From the IMG/VR virus record IMGVR_UViG_2778261692_000003, positions 1-40,582 of that record: a DNA stretch of 40,582 nucleotides. One strand, given 5' to 3'. A program made the translations under genes and the position numbers. Within the stretch, counting starts at the first letter, position 1; each line of letters begins with the position of its first letter. Under the pieces are notes generated by a model, which was not told the DNA's origin, ran no database searches, and worked only from the letters and a program-made list of their open reading frames with translations. Shown here piece by piece: positions 20,180-28,669 of this stretch. The stretch comes from a virus (lineage: Duplodnaviria > Heunggongvirae > Uroviricota > Caudoviricetes).

Positions 20180-20698
20180 TCACTTTGGCAGTCCGGGGAT
20201 CGATATTTGCGCCTGCTGCTCAAGCCTTTCGATTCTTGCTATGAGTTGCGGTTTTTTGATCCTGCCCCAGCGGTTCAGCAAGCGTCCTGACATACTGGCA
20301 ACATCCTTTTCCTTCATGAACTCCAGCATTAACTCGTTGTGCTCTCTTTGGTATGAGTGAGCCATCTCCATCAGCCTGTCACGCATCCAATTAAATGCTT
20401 TGATAAACGCCTCTTTGATGGCGGCAGCTTTTTTGCCGGTAAACGACATGATGATGTACATCGCGCCGTCTTTGGAAATTTCATATTCAACATACTGATT
20501 ACCCTTGTGTTCATAGGTAACCCGCGAAAAGTTGCTGGTTAGAAATTCATCCGAACAGTCTAGCTTTTCGATTTTCTGAATGATGTGGTGATGCTGCTTG
20601 TCGAAGTAAGCTGCTACCTTGCGGGAGGTTGTGATCACGCGATCACCAGAAACAACCACCATGTCCCGGAAATCGAGATTAGCCAATTGATGATTCAT
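20180..20698 (-). CDS. Rha-family phage regulatory protein
   Basis: 172 aa from the ATG at 20698 (MNHQLANLDFRDMVVVSGDRVITTSRKVAAYFDKQHHHIIQKIE...), the typical Rha N-terminal domain. The 81-aa ORF-track extension runs across a terminator and is rejected. Confidence 0.8.
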   Translation of the reverse strand: MNHQLANLDFRDMVVVSGDRVITTSRKVAAYFDKQHHHIIQKIEKLDCSDEFLTSNFSRVTYEHKGNQYVEYEISKDGAMYIIMSFTGKKAAAIKEAFIKAFNWMRDRLMEMAHSYQREHNELMLEFMKEKDVASMSGRLLNRWGRIKKPQLIARIERLEQQAQISIPGLPK

Positions 20699-20840
20699 AG
20701 CGTCTTTACCTTTTAGAAAGTGAGCCTGTCTCACAGAAAAGCCGCCCGAGAGAGGTCGCCACCTATAACGGCATTTCTCAGGCTCGCTTACTGAAAGGCT
20801 CTCGTTAATATGCGCGTGAGATGCGCTGTGAAATTCAGAT

Positions 20841-20867
20841 ATAAAAAAGCCCCGCGAATGCGAGGCT
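20841..20867 (-). terminator. Intrinsic terminator downstream of the lysis cassette
   Basis: Minus strand reads GCCTCGC-ATTC-GCGGGGC followed by TTTTTTATAT. Confidence 0.65.
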
Positions 20868-21040
20868 AAATCCTGGTATTTGTAATGACTGGCTCTTATC
20901 TCAACGCAGCCCCTTACCGCGCGCCAGATGCTCAATATCAAGCATCAGCAATGAGATGTTTAATCTGGATTCACTCCAGAAGTGATCACCACCCTGCCTA
21001 CAGAGCCAGATGTGAAGGATGATGAGTAAAATTATCGCTA

Positions 21041-21508
21041 TCATCGAAGGCATTGCGTCCTGATGTATTCCTGAAGCGTTCTCAGTGCTGTTTGGTCGCG
21101 GATAATTCCGTCCCGGACACCGAGAACGTTTCGTCCAGCAACTGGAGAGAGTTCGACGGTGGCATCATTGCCCATGCCGGAGGCGCCGGAGGTTTCGGCT
21201 GAGGATGGCACAGGGCATTTTCCTTTGACGAGCACCCTGCCACCATTATCAAGCTTGCGCCGAAGAGCATCATTTTCAGCTTTCGCATCAGCTAACTCCT
21301 TCGTGTATTTAGCATCGAGTGCATCAGCAGAACGCTGGCGCTGCTGCATGTCAGTAATGGTGGCGGTCGCCTGCTTCAGCTCACTGACTTTTTTATCGCG
21401 CTGTTCTTTGTAGGCGATGGCGTTATCACGGTAATGATTAACAGCCCATGACAGGCAGACAATGATGCAGATAACCAGAGCGGAGATAATCGCGGTTACT
21501 CTGCTCAT
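21041..21508 (-). CDS. Rz: i-spanin Rz
   Basis: 155 aa. The N-terminal 60 aa ([31 protein letters not shown]...) match lambda Rz. Confidence 0.95.
   Translation of the reverse strand: MSRVTAIISALVICIIVCLSWAVNHYRDNAIAYKEQRDKKVSELKQATATITDMQQRQRSADALDAKYTKELADAKAENDALRRKLDNGGRVLVKGKCPVPSSAETSGASGMGNDATVELSPVAGRNVLGVRDGIIRDQTALRTLQEYIRTQCLR
21082..21288 (-). CDS. Rz1: o-spanin Rz1 (lipoprotein, embedded in Rz in the +1 frame)
   Basis: [21 protein letters not shown] carries a lipobox, followed by the proline-rich [11 protein letters not shown] as in lambda Rz1. The gene is fully nested in Rz. Confidence 0.85.
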   Translation of the reverse strand: MRKLKMMLFGASLIMVAGCSSKENALCHPQPKPPAPPAWAMMPPSNSLQLLDETFSVSGTELSATKQH

Positions 21509-21981
21509 ACCTCAATCTCTCTGACCGTTCCGCCAGCTTCTTTGAATTTTGCAATCAGGCTGTCAGCCTTATGCTCGAACTGACCATAACCAGCCCCCGG
21601 CAGCGAAGCCCAGATATTGCTGCAACGGTCGATAGCCTGACGGATATCACCGCGATCAATCATCGGCAAAGCGCCACGTTCCTTAATCTGCTGCAGCGCA
21701 ACAGCGTCCTGGCTTTTGGGAGAGAAGTCTTTCAGGCCAAGCTGCTTACGGTAGGCATCCCACCAACGGGAAAGAAGCTGGTAACGTCCGGCTGCTGTTG
21801 ATTTGAGTTTGGGGTTTAGCGTGACAAGTTTGCGAGGGTGATCGGAGTAATCAGTGAATAGCTCACCACCTACAATGACGTCATAACCATGATTTCTGGT
21901 TTTCTGACGTCCGTTATCAGTTCCCTCTGACCACGCCAGCATATCGAGGAACGCCTTACGTTGATTATTGGTTTCCACCAT
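21505..21981 (-). CDS. R: Endolysin (lambda R transglycosylase)
   Basis: 158 aa, near-identical to my recollection of lambda R ([41 protein letters not shown]...). Confidence 0.97.
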   Translation of the reverse strand: MVETNNQRKAFLDMLAWSEGTDNGRQKTRNHGYDVIVGGELFTDYSDHPRKLVTLNPKLKSTAAGRYQLLSRWWDAYRKQLGLKDFSPKSQDAVALQQIKERGALPMIDRGDIRQAIDRCSNIWASLPGAGYGQFEHKADSLIAKFKEAGGTVREIEV

Positions 21982-22288
21982 CTTCTACTCCGGCTTTTTT
22001 AGCAGCGAAGCGTTTGATAAGCGAACCAATCGAGTCAGTACCGATGTAGCCGATGAACACGCTCGTTATATAAGCGAGGTTGCTACTTAGTCCGGCGAAG
22101 TCGAGAAGGTCACGAATGAACCAGGCGATAATGGCGCACATCGTTGCGTCGATTACTGTTTTTGTAAACGCACCGCCATTATATCTGCCGCGAAGGTACG
22201 CCATTGCAAACGCAAGGATTGCCCCGATGCCTTGTTCCTTTGCCGCGAGAATGGCGGCTAACAGGTCATGTTTTTCTGGCATCTTCAT
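21965..22288 (-). CDS. S: Holin/antiholin (lambda S107/S105 dual-start)
   Basis: 107 aa. [41 protein letters not shown] is identical in pattern to lambda S, including the Met1-Lys2-Met3 dual start. Confidence 0.97.
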   Translation of the reverse strand: MKMPEKHDLLAAILAAKEQGIGAILAFAMAYLRGRYNGGAFTKTVIDATMCAIIAWFIRDLLDFAGLSSNLAYITSVFIGYIGTDSIGSLIKRFAAKKAGVEDGGNQ

Positions 22289-22753
22289 GTCTTACCCCCA
22301 ATAAGGGGATTTGCTCTATTTAATTAGGAATAAGGTCGGTTACTGATAGAACAAATCCAGGCTACTGTGTTTAGTAATCAGATTTGTTCGTGACCGATAT
22401 GCACGGGCAAAACGGCATGAGGTTGTTAGCGCAGCCTCTTGCCACCCGCTTTCACGAAGGTCATGTGTAGAAGGCCGCAGCGTAACTATCACTGATGAAT
22501 TCAGGATAGCCAGTAGCTACGGCTCAGTTTGGGTTGTGCTGTTGCTGGGCGGCGATGACGCCTGTACGCATTTGGTGATCCGGTTCTGCTTCCGGTATTC
22601 GCTTAATTCAGCACAACGGAAAGAGCACTGTATGTTGCCGGGCCAGATGTCGGCTGCACAGGGAGTCATTGCCGACCCACGCCCTAAACACACTCGTAAA
22701 TGCGCTTAGGGTTGACTCCCCTGGTATCCAGTTATTCCCCGGCTGGGGATACT

Positions 22754-22801
22754 CCGCGCGACGCTAATGCGTTTCGTCCCTCATGGACTCGTCAGGCGCG
22801 C
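22754..22801 (-). ncRNA. Candidate type I hammerhead self-cleaving ribozyme in the late-operon leader
   Basis: Minus-strand RNA reads GCGCGC CUGACGA GUCC AUGAG GGAC GAAA CGC AUUA GCG UC|GCGCGG. All invariant core positions are present: C3 U4 G5 A6 G8 A9, G12 A13 A14, A15.1-U16.1 and C17. Stem II is 4 bp with G10.1-C11.1, stem III is 4 bp and stem I is 5 GC pairs. Predicted cleavage lies between plus-strand positions 22760 and 22759. Confidence 0.6.
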
Positions 22802-22817
22802 AATGCTCTTACCTGTT
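22802..22817 (-). repeat. 16-bp direct repeat copy A (5' strand of the distal clamp hairpin)
   Basis: AATGCTCTTACCTGTT on the plus strand, identical to 23053-23068. In the minus-strand RNA it pairs with 22612-22629 (about 15 bp with one mismatch and one bulge). Confidence 0.8.
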
Positions 22818-23052
22818 GTGTACCCATTATTAATCACACCGGGCCAGTGCGCCGAATTTGTTTACAAGGAGTCGGAAGACCTTGCTGACTTACAGGCTAT
22901 TACGCCGCCATCAGAACAACATCATCGTTTGCATTTATCTTTGTGGTCAGTTTCTAAAAACCCGCAAAGTCGCCAACTCTGACGAAAACTATCGTTGTGC
23001 TGCCACAACGATAAGAGCACTCGGTGCATTTAAGCCAAGCCCCATAAGGGAG

Positions 23053-23068
23053 AATGCTCTTACCTGTT
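23053..23068 (-). repeat. 16-bp direct repeat copy B (5' strand of the proximal clamp hairpin)
   Basis: AATGCTCTTACCTGTT on the plus strand. In the minus-strand RNA it pairs with 23004-23020. Confidence 0.8.
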
Positions 23069-23076
23069 ACACAGAT

Positions 23077-23137
23077 ATAAAAAATCCCGAAACCGTTATG
23101 CAGGCTCTAACTATTACCTGCGAACTGTTTCGGGATT
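23077..23137 (-). terminator. tR' (lambda late terminator, target of Q antitermination)
   Basis: Minus strand reads AATCCCGAAAC...GTTTCGGGATT followed by TTTTTAT. This matches the lambda tR' sequence as I remember it. Confidence 0.9.
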
Positions 23138-23270
23138 GCATTTTACAGACCTCTCAGCCTGCGATGGTTGGAGTTCCAGACGATGCGCCGAAGTGACCAA
23201 CTAGGCGGAATCGGTAGTAAGCGCCGCCTCTTTTCATCTCACTACCACAACGAGCGAATTAACCCATCGT
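23077..23270 (-). ncRNA. 6S-type late leader RNA (pR' to tR')
   Basis: About 194 nt from the inferred pR' start to tR'. The sequence (GGGTTAATTCGCTCGTTGTGGTAGTGAGATGAAAAGAGGCGGCGC...) is essentially the lambda 6S RNA. The 5' end is inferred, not observed. Confidence 0.8.
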
Positions 23271-23277
23271 TGAGTCA

Positions 23278-23306
23278 AATTTACCCAACTTTATTCAAAA
23301 AGTCAA
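23278..23306 (-). promoter_or_regulatory. Late promoter pR' (with the qut region just downstream)
   Basis: On the minus strand, -35 TTGACT (23301-23306), a 17-nt spacer and -10 TAAATT (23278-23283). The -10-like AACGAT pause element follows, as in lambda. Confidence 0.85.
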
Positions 23307-23348
23307 TATCATGCCGTTAATATGTTGCCATCCGTGGCAATCATGCTG

Positions 23349-23972
23349 TTAACGTGTGACCGTATTCAAAATGTTGTCTGCGATTGACTCTTCTTTGTGG
23401 CATTGCACCACCAGAGCGTCATACAGCGGCTTAACAGTGCGTGACCAGGTTGGTTGGGTAAGGTTTGGTACTAGCATCGTCACAGCGCGATATGCAGCGC
23501 TTGCTGGCATTCTTGAATAACCGACGCCTTTGCATCTTCCGCATTCTTTCTCAACAACTCTCCCCCACTGCTCTGTTTTTGCTATATCAACCGCACGGCC
23601 TGTACCGTGGCAATCTCTGCATCTTGCGCCCGGCGTCGCGGCACTACGGCAATAATCCGCATAAGCGAATGTTGCGAGCACTTGCAGTACCTTAGCCTTA
23701 GTATTTCCTTCGAGCTTTGCCACACCACGGTATTTCCCCGATACCTTGTGTGCAAATTGCATCAGATAGTTGATAGCCTTTTGTTTGTCGTTCTGGCTGA
23801 GTTCGTGCTTACCGCAGAATGCAGCCATACCGAATCCGGCTTGTGATTGCGCCATCCCCATAGCAGCCATCACATCAGTACCGGAAAGAGAGTCAGAAGC
23901 CGTAGCCCGTGGTGAGTCGCTCATCATCGGGCTTTTTGGCGAATGAAATTTAGCTACGCTTTCGAGTCTCAT
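23349..23972 (-). CDS. Q: Late antiterminator Q (lambda type)
   Basis: 207 aa, with the zinc-binding CRDCHGTG...CGRCKGVG. The sequence follows lambda Q throughout. Confidence 0.97.
   Translation of the reverse strand: MRLESVAKFHSPKSPMMSDSPRATASDSLSGTDVMAAMGMAQSQAGFGMAAFCGKHELSQNDKQKAINYLMQFAHKVSGKYRGVAKLEGNTKAKVLQVLATFAYADYCRSAATPGARCRDCHGTGRAVDIAKTEQWGRVVEKECGRCKGVGYSRMPASAAYRAVTMLVPNLTQPTWSRTVKPLYDALVVQCHKEESIADNILNTVTR
23672..23704 (+). promoter_or_regulatory. PaQ, cII-dependent antisense promoter inside Q
   Basis: TTGC-N6-TTGC (23672-23685), then 13 nt, then TAGTAT (23699-23704). The geometry is identical to PRE at 30001-30033. Confidence 0.6.
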
Positions 23973-24634
23973 GCGCCTTCTCCCTGTACCTGAATCAATG
24001 TGAGGTTTCCGCAGAACACTGCGCCGGTATCGATATACATCTGGTTGGCAAACTTGAGTGGTTTCACTGCTGGCGTATGACCAAAGATGAACGTGTCCGC
24101 TCCTTTGATTTCTTTCACGATCCCGTCTTGTGAGTTGCTGATTCGTTCGCGGTTCCAGATTACCTGCTGATGATCAACTGGCTTTCCGAACTCGTATTCA
24201 TCACAAGGATAATCGGCGTGGCAGATGACATATTTTTTACCTTTGCTCACCAGTTCAATGATTAACGGAAGTTCATCTGCTTTATGGGCAAGAGCTTTAG
24301 CCAGAATTTCTTTGTCGTAATCGAGATTGAAGAACCAGCCACCGCCATTAAGCAGCCAGTGATTAACGTTTCCACGCTCTGATAAGCCATCAATCATCAT
24401 TTGCTCATGGTTTCCACGTACAGCTCGGAACCAGGGGAATGTGATTAATTCCAGACATTCGACGTTCTCTGTACCGCGATCGACCAAATCGCCAACCGAG
24501 ATAAGCAGGTCTTTTTTGGTGTCGAATCCTATCGTCTCCAGTTTTTTCATCAGGTTCGTGTAGCATCCGTGCAGATCGCCAACTACCCAAATATTTCGGT
24601 ATTTGCTGCCATCAATTCTTTCGTAATAGCGCAT
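23969..24634 (-). CDS. Ser/Thr protein phosphatase (lambda PPase, NinI)
   Basis: 221 aa from the ATG at 24634 ([25 protein letters not shown]...GDLVDRG...GNHE), carrying the metallophosphoesterase motifs. The ORF-track 25-aa extension is rejected because GGAGTG lies before 24634. Confidence 0.95.
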   Translation of the reverse strand: MRYYERIDGSKYRNIWVVGDLHGCYTNLMKKLETIGFDTKKDLLISVGDLVDRGTENVECLELITFPWFRAVRGNHEQMMIDGLSERGNVNHWLLNGGGWFFNLDYDKEILAKALAHKADELPLIIELVSKGKKYVICHADYPCDEYEFGKPVDHQQVIWNRERISNSQDGIVKEIKGADTFIFGHTPAVKPLKFANQMYIDTGAVFCGNLTLIQVQGEGA

Positions 24635-24818
24635 CTCTTTCACTCCATCCGCGATGAACCATAAGAACGTCGTTGACGATGGCGTGCATTTTCCCGTCTT
24701 TATCATCAACGTATTTTCTTACCGTGCCGCGACTACATTTCAGTCTGCGTGCCACTTCTGTCTGGTTTCCGTATGCTTCAACGAGCATGTCTGGAATGGT
24801 TTTTACTGAGAACGTCAT
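24612..24818 (-). CDS. ninH: NinH
   Basis: 68 aa, [37 protein letters not shown], matching lambda NinH. Confidence 0.9.
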   Translation of the reverse strand: MTFSVKTIPDMLVEAYGNQTEVARRLKCSRGTVRKYVDDKDGKMHAIVNDVLMVHRGWSERDALLRKN

Positions 24819-25426
24819 GCGGCCTCACTTCTGCTATTTCGCAGGTCTTTGAGTTTCTGTTGGTACTCTGCCTTGATCGCCTTGCACTCTTCGACAGTCC
24901 AGCGATGGCGGTTATGGTTTGATTCGATTTCGTCTACTGCTTCCTGCCCGATTCGGTTAATCAGTTCGACGCGATACGGAACGAGATTTCCGCTTTTATG
25001 CTGGTTGCACACCACGCATTGCTTGTGAATATTGCGTTCATCAAATCGGAGTTGAGGTGCCGCAGCAGTTGTCCGGTAATGTCCAGCATCCCACTGAGCA
25101 GACGTGAGCGTTCCGCACGAGATACATGGTAAGTCGCGGTCTCTTTCTCTGATGAAGGCGTTTACGGCTTGTTGGGCTTGTTTAATCCAGTAACTGCGGG
25201 GCTTTAAGGCGAGTTTTCGAATCTTAAGTTTATCTTTCTGTTTCTGCTCCTCTCGTCGTCGTTTCTTCTCTGCTGCTTTTTCCGCTTTTTCGCGTTCTTT
25301 ACTTCGTCGTTCGAGTGCTATCTTGGCTCCACACTCTGGAGAGCACCACCACTGATTAGCGAATGTAGGGTGAAACCATTCCCGACATTCTTCGTTTTTA
25401 CATCGTCTTCGCGCTGGTTTAGCCAT
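24815..25426 (-). CDS. ninG: NinG (recombination-associated, Cys-rich)
   Basis: 203 aa, [20 protein letters not shown]...CISCG...[10 protein letters not shown], matching lambda NinG. Confidence 0.95.
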   Translation of the reverse strand: MAKPARRRCKNEECREWFHPTFANQWWCSPECGAKIALERRSKEREKAEKAAEKKRRREEQKQKDKLKIRKLALKPRSYWIKQAQQAVNAFIRERDRDLPCISCGTLTSAQWDAGHYRTTAAAPQLRFDERNIHKQCVVCNQHKSGNLVPYRVELINRIGQEAVDEIESNHNRHRWTVEECKAIKAEYQQKLKDLRNSRSEAA

Positions 25427-25595
25427 CGTCTTCTTCCTCGTACATTGAGCTATTCGGATCGCTCATCAGTTCTGCGCAGCAATCGGAGCACACATGAACT
25501 TCCAGCACATGCAGCTTCTGACCGCAGTTAGCGCACGTTAAAGCTCGCTCGACGCTTTCTTTCTGGTATTGAAGGGATTGGGATGGGCTAAGCAT
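25419..25595 (-). CDS. ninF: NinF
   Basis: 58-aa ORF below the ORF-track cutoff, translated by hand: [58 protein letters not shown]. This matches lambda NinF. Its stop overlaps the ninG start. Confidence 0.85.
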   Translation of the reverse strand: MLSPSQSLQYQKESVERALTCANCGQKLHVLEVHVCSDCCAELMSDPNSSMYEEEDDG

Positions 25596-25969
25596 TATTG
25601 GATTCTCTGCATCATGAGAAAGACAATCATGGCTGCGCGGAGAGGGTTGTCATCAAGAGTAATATGCTCACCAAAGCTATCAGCCTCCCACCATGACACT
25701 GCTTTCATGCCAGGGTTTGCTCGCTTGTATGCACATACGCTGATCATGTTTTCCATGATAATCGGCCATGCGTCTGCTGGGTTTGCGCATGGGTTAAAGG
25801 AACCGCGCTCAACTTCTACTTCAACTGCGTCTCCGTTTACAATGTCTCCCTCAAATGAGACAAACACCATATCGCCATTCTCACCTTCTTTGTAATCCGG
25901 TGATCCGTTATGAATGGCTTCGAATACCGCCACGTTAATTTCAAAATCACTTAACTGTGAATAATCCAT
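25595..25969 (-). CDS. NinX-position hypothetical protein
   Basis: About 124 aa. The start at 25969 or 25975 follows GAGGAA. It lies between ninE and ninF, where P22 carries ninX. Function unknown. Confidence 0.6.
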   Translation of the reverse strand: MDYSQLSDFEINVAVFEAIHNGSPDYKEGENGDMVFVSFEGDIVNGDAVEVEVERGSFNPCANPADAWPIIMENMISVCAYKRANPGMKAVSWWEADSFGEHITLDDNPLRAAMIVFLMMQRIQ

Positions 25970-25971
25970 TG

Positions 25972-26148
25972 TCATTTCCTCGCACGATGTCTTAGCCACC
26001 GTATATCCCACAGGTGAGCCGTGTAGTTGAATGTTTTTACGTCAGATTCTTTTGGGATTGGCTTGCGTTTATTTCTGGAGCGTTTCGTTGGAAGGTATTT
26101 GCAGTTTTCGCAGATGATGTCGGTGATACTTCGTCGCTGTCGCCTCAT
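25972..26148 (-). CDS. ninE: NinE
   Basis: 58 aa from the ATG at 26148: [53 protein letters not shown]. This matches lambda NinE. Confidence 0.85.
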   Translation of the reverse strand: MRRQRRSITDIICENCKYLPTKRSRNKRKPIPKESDVKTFNYTAHLWDIRWLRHRARK

Positions 26149-26747
26149 GCCGCCCTGTCTCCCCATCGCGCTTTCATTGTTTCATTTGCAAATCGCCAGA
26201 ATCTTCCTTTGTGATATGAGCTTTCGCCATTACAGCAACGACTAATTGACGAACTATCAAATCCTTCTCTGACAGCATCCATAGCTGCTTCATAATAAAC
26301 CTCCTCCCCAGTTTTCATGTCAGTAGAAATAACAGCTTTACTGGCAGGATGATCACCACTAAATTTACCTAGCGATATAGGTATTCTTCCATTTTGTTTA
26401 TATCCGTGCTTTGAGTTTTCAGAATGTGATACCCATTCAAGGTTTTCAGCCCTATTGTCATCTCTTTGCCCATTTTTGTGATTAACTACCAAGCCATCAC
26501 AGAACCCTGTACAGAATGCTTTCGCAACTATCCTGTGGGCGCTGTATTTCTTACCGTATACCTTTATTTGAAGATATCCTGTCGACTTGCACTTGAATGG
26601 TTTTACGCTAGTGCCATTAATTATTTTCTTATATGGCCTCTGTCTGGTTGATGTTACTGTAATTTCCCTCGTAATAGACCTGAAATTTCCTTTATTGCTA
26701 ACCTGATAAAATGGAATTCCTTCGATATCTACCCAAACCTCAATCAT
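26145..26747 (-). CDS. Free-standing HNH homing endonuclease (NUMOD4 + HNH_3-like), C-terminally fused to the ancestral NinB tail
   Basis: 200 aa, low [22 protein letters not shown] is NUMOD4-like. [18 protein letters not shown]...[25 protein letters not shown] is the HNH motif. The last 9 aa, KARWGDRAA, equal the lambda NinB C-terminus. Confidence 0.8.
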   Translation of the reverse strand: MIEVWVDIEGIPFYQVSNKGNFRSITREITVTSTRQRPYKKIINGTSVKPFKCKSTGYLQIKVYGKKYSAHRIVAKAFCTGFCDGLVVNHKNGQRDDNRAENLEWVSHSENSKHGYKQNGRIPISLGKFSGDHPASKAVISTDMKTGEEVYYEAAMDAVREGFDSSSISRCCNGESSYHKGRFWRFANETMKARWGDRAA

Positions 26748-27156
26748 AATTCCTCCATTCGCTAAGATGAATTGAGTTCATGGCACAATATGCTTCTATG
26801 TAGTCCATTATTTCGGATATTTTTTTTACAGATAGAGTCGCCGTACTCTCTCTGATGTTTATTAGCTCACCTTCTAACCCTGATATAATCTCAGGGTGCT
26901 GGTTGGTTGCAATCTGCCAACCAGAAACGAATAACCCCTTCCAAAACTCAATATTTCTTGCTTTTCCATGATATGTAGCCTTCTTACTTATTTCAGATAG
27001 CATCGCGTGAAGGCGTGCATTTTGCCGAATGCTGCGGTTGCGCTCCTGAATGATCACTACGATTGGCTTGGTTGGGTCTGGAAGGATTTGCTGTACTGCG
27101 TGAATAGCGTTTTGCTGATGTGCCGGAGATCGAATTTCAAAGGTTAGTTTTTTCAT
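26740..27156 (-). CDS. ninB: NinB (Orf-family recombination mediator), chimeric allele
   Basis: 138 aa from the ATG at 27156, with GAGGGAAG upstream. The first ~43 aa are lambda-identical (MKKLTFEIRSPAHQQNAIHAVQQILPDPTKPIVV.IQERNRS). The rest is a divergent, low-GC NinB-like sequence. Confidence 0.85.
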   Translation of the reverse strand: MKKLTFEIRSPAHQQNAIHAVQQILPDPTKPIVVIIQERNRSIRQNARLHAMLSEISKKATYHGKARNIEFWKGLFVSGWQIATNQHPEIISGLEGELINIRESTATLSVKKISEIMDYIEAYCAMNSIHLSEWRNYD

Positions 27157-27172
27157 GACTTCCCTCTCCCCC

Positions 27173-27204
27173 AAATAAAAAGGCCTGCGATTACCAGCAG
27201 GCCT
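27173..27204 (-). terminator. tR2-type intrinsic terminator upstream of the nin region
   Basis: Minus strand reads AGGCCTGCTGGTAATCGCAGGCCT followed by TTTTATTT, the same as the lambda tR2 hairpin as I recall it. Confidence 0.85.
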
Positions 27205-27232
27205 GTTATTAGCTCAGTGATGTAGATGGTCA

Positions 27233-28669
27233 TCAGAATCCTCCTTTCTTCTTGGACTGCGGTTCCTCGCGTTCACGGCGGCGCATTTCAGCAGACTGTT
27301 GGTCTGTGTCATAAATAGCGCCATTTGCCTGAATGCAATACACCGTGCCGGTATTGCCATGACGATTGAGACGAAGGATTAGTTCAGTTTCACCAGGTGG
27401 AACACTGTCATCAAAAGCGCCTTCACGATGGATCCCGACCCAATAATCGCAATCCTGTTCAATCTGCCCTGTATCTCGTGAGTCACTTGGTAATGGGCGT
27501 TTATTGGTTCGGCTTTCCAGTGCGCGGTTAAGCTGCGTCAGAAGCACAACAACGCAATCAAGCTCTTTGGCAAGGTTCTTCAGTCCTTTGGTGATCATGC
27601 CGTAAGCAAGGTCGTTGCGATCGGCCTTTTCAGCGGTCATTAGTGTCAGGTAATCGACCAGAATCATGCCAACACATCCTTTTTCTCGCTTGATTCGACG
27701 GCTTTCGCTGACGATTTGAGCCAGAGATAATCCCGGCGTGTCGTCGATGTAAAGCAGGTCGATTTCACTCAAGCGATTTGCTGTTTCGATCGCCCTGTTG
27801 AAGTCACCATCGTAATCACCCTGATAGCCGTCATCAGCGTCATTTGTCGCCGGAAGGTAAAAAATATTCGGGTTAACACCTGACTTCTGTCCTACCAGTT
27901 TTTCCAGTATCTGATCACCTGGCATTTCAAGGCTGAACATCAGAGCAGGCTTTTTCTCATGCACTGCGCAGTTGATTGCCATCTGGCTGTATAGCGTCGT
28001 TTTCCCCATCTTAGGGCGAGCGCCAATGACAAACAGAGAGCCTTTCACCAGACCTTTCGGTGACAGCATCCTGTCCAACGATGGGATCCCTGTGCTCATT
28101 CCCCGTTGTTCTCCTGATGGGTCAAATCTCTTCTCAAGGTCGCTAACCCAGTCTTCCATGACCTCACCAAATGAACGAAGGCCGCGACGCGATCCGGTTT
28201 TTGCATGGTCTGTCAGTTGCGTGAAAATCGACTGAATAGCTTCGTACTTCTGCGTCGCAGTCATTCCGTTGCGGGAATAGAGCAATTCCGTCGCTTCAGT
28301 CATGCGGTTGATGGCGTAGCGTTCCATTGCGGTTTCACGAACCTGCATTGCATAGGCAACGATGTTTGCTGCGCTTGGCGTGTTCTTTGCGATCTCAGCG
28401 ATATAAGCAAAACCGCCAACAGACACCGTTAACGATTTACGCTCCAGTTCATCGAAAAGCGTCAGGCCATCTACTGGCTTTTGCTCCCGGTGCATTCTGG
28501 TTATTTCTTCGAAAAGGATTTTGTGTGGTCGGCTGTAAAATGAATCGGGCTTCAGCATCGCCAGAACTTTCTGGACGCGCTCACTGCTGTCATCATCCAG
28601 AAGCAATCCACCAATCACCGCCTGCTCTGCCTCGATGCTATGGGGCGGCGCATAAAAATTATCGGTCAT
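27233..28669 (-). CDS. Replicative DNA helicase (DnaB family, P22 gp12-like)
   Basis: 478 aa from the ATG at 28669. The N-domain reads PPHSIEAEQAVIGGLLLD, Walker A is GARPKMGKT, and the C-terminus is RecA-like. Confidence 0.92.
   Translation of the reverse strand: MTDNFYAPPHSIEAEQAVIGGLLLDDDSSERVQKVLAMLKPDSFYSRPHKILFEEITRMHREQKPVDGLTLFDELERKSLTVSVGGFAYIAEIAKNTPSAANIVAYAMQVRETAMERYAINRMTEATELLYSRNGMTATQKYEAIQSIFTQLTDHAKTGSRRGLRSFGEVMEDWVSDLEKRFDPSGEQRGMSTGIPSLDRMLSPKGLVKGSLFVIGARPKMGKTTLYSQMAINCAVHEKKPALMFSLEMPGDQILEKLVGQKSGVNPNIFYLPATNDADDGYQGDYDGDFNRAIETANRLSEIDLLYIDDTPGLSLAQIVSESRRIKREKGCVGMILVDYLTLMTAEKADRNDLAYGMITKGLKNLAKELDCVVVLLTQLNRALESRTNKRPLPSDSRDTGQIEQDCDYWVGIHREGAFDDSVPPGETELILRLNRHGNTGTVYCIQANGAIYDTDQQSAEMRRREREEPQSKKKGGF

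Noticed and set aside
20941-21040. Tiny plus-strand ORFs (14-23 aa) convergent with Rz, in the position of lambda bor
   Set aside because: There is no similarity to the Bor lipoprotein, no lipobox, and the lengths are too short. The only supported element nearby is the minus-strand terminator at 20841-20867.
22700-23196. Three overlapping plus-strand ORFs (62, 71 and 112 aa) in the Q-S intergenic region
   Set aside because: The region is the pR' leader, tR' and structured RNA on the opposite strand, much of it lambda-identical non-coding sequence. The ORFs overlap each other, lack RBSs, and run antisense through the terminator.
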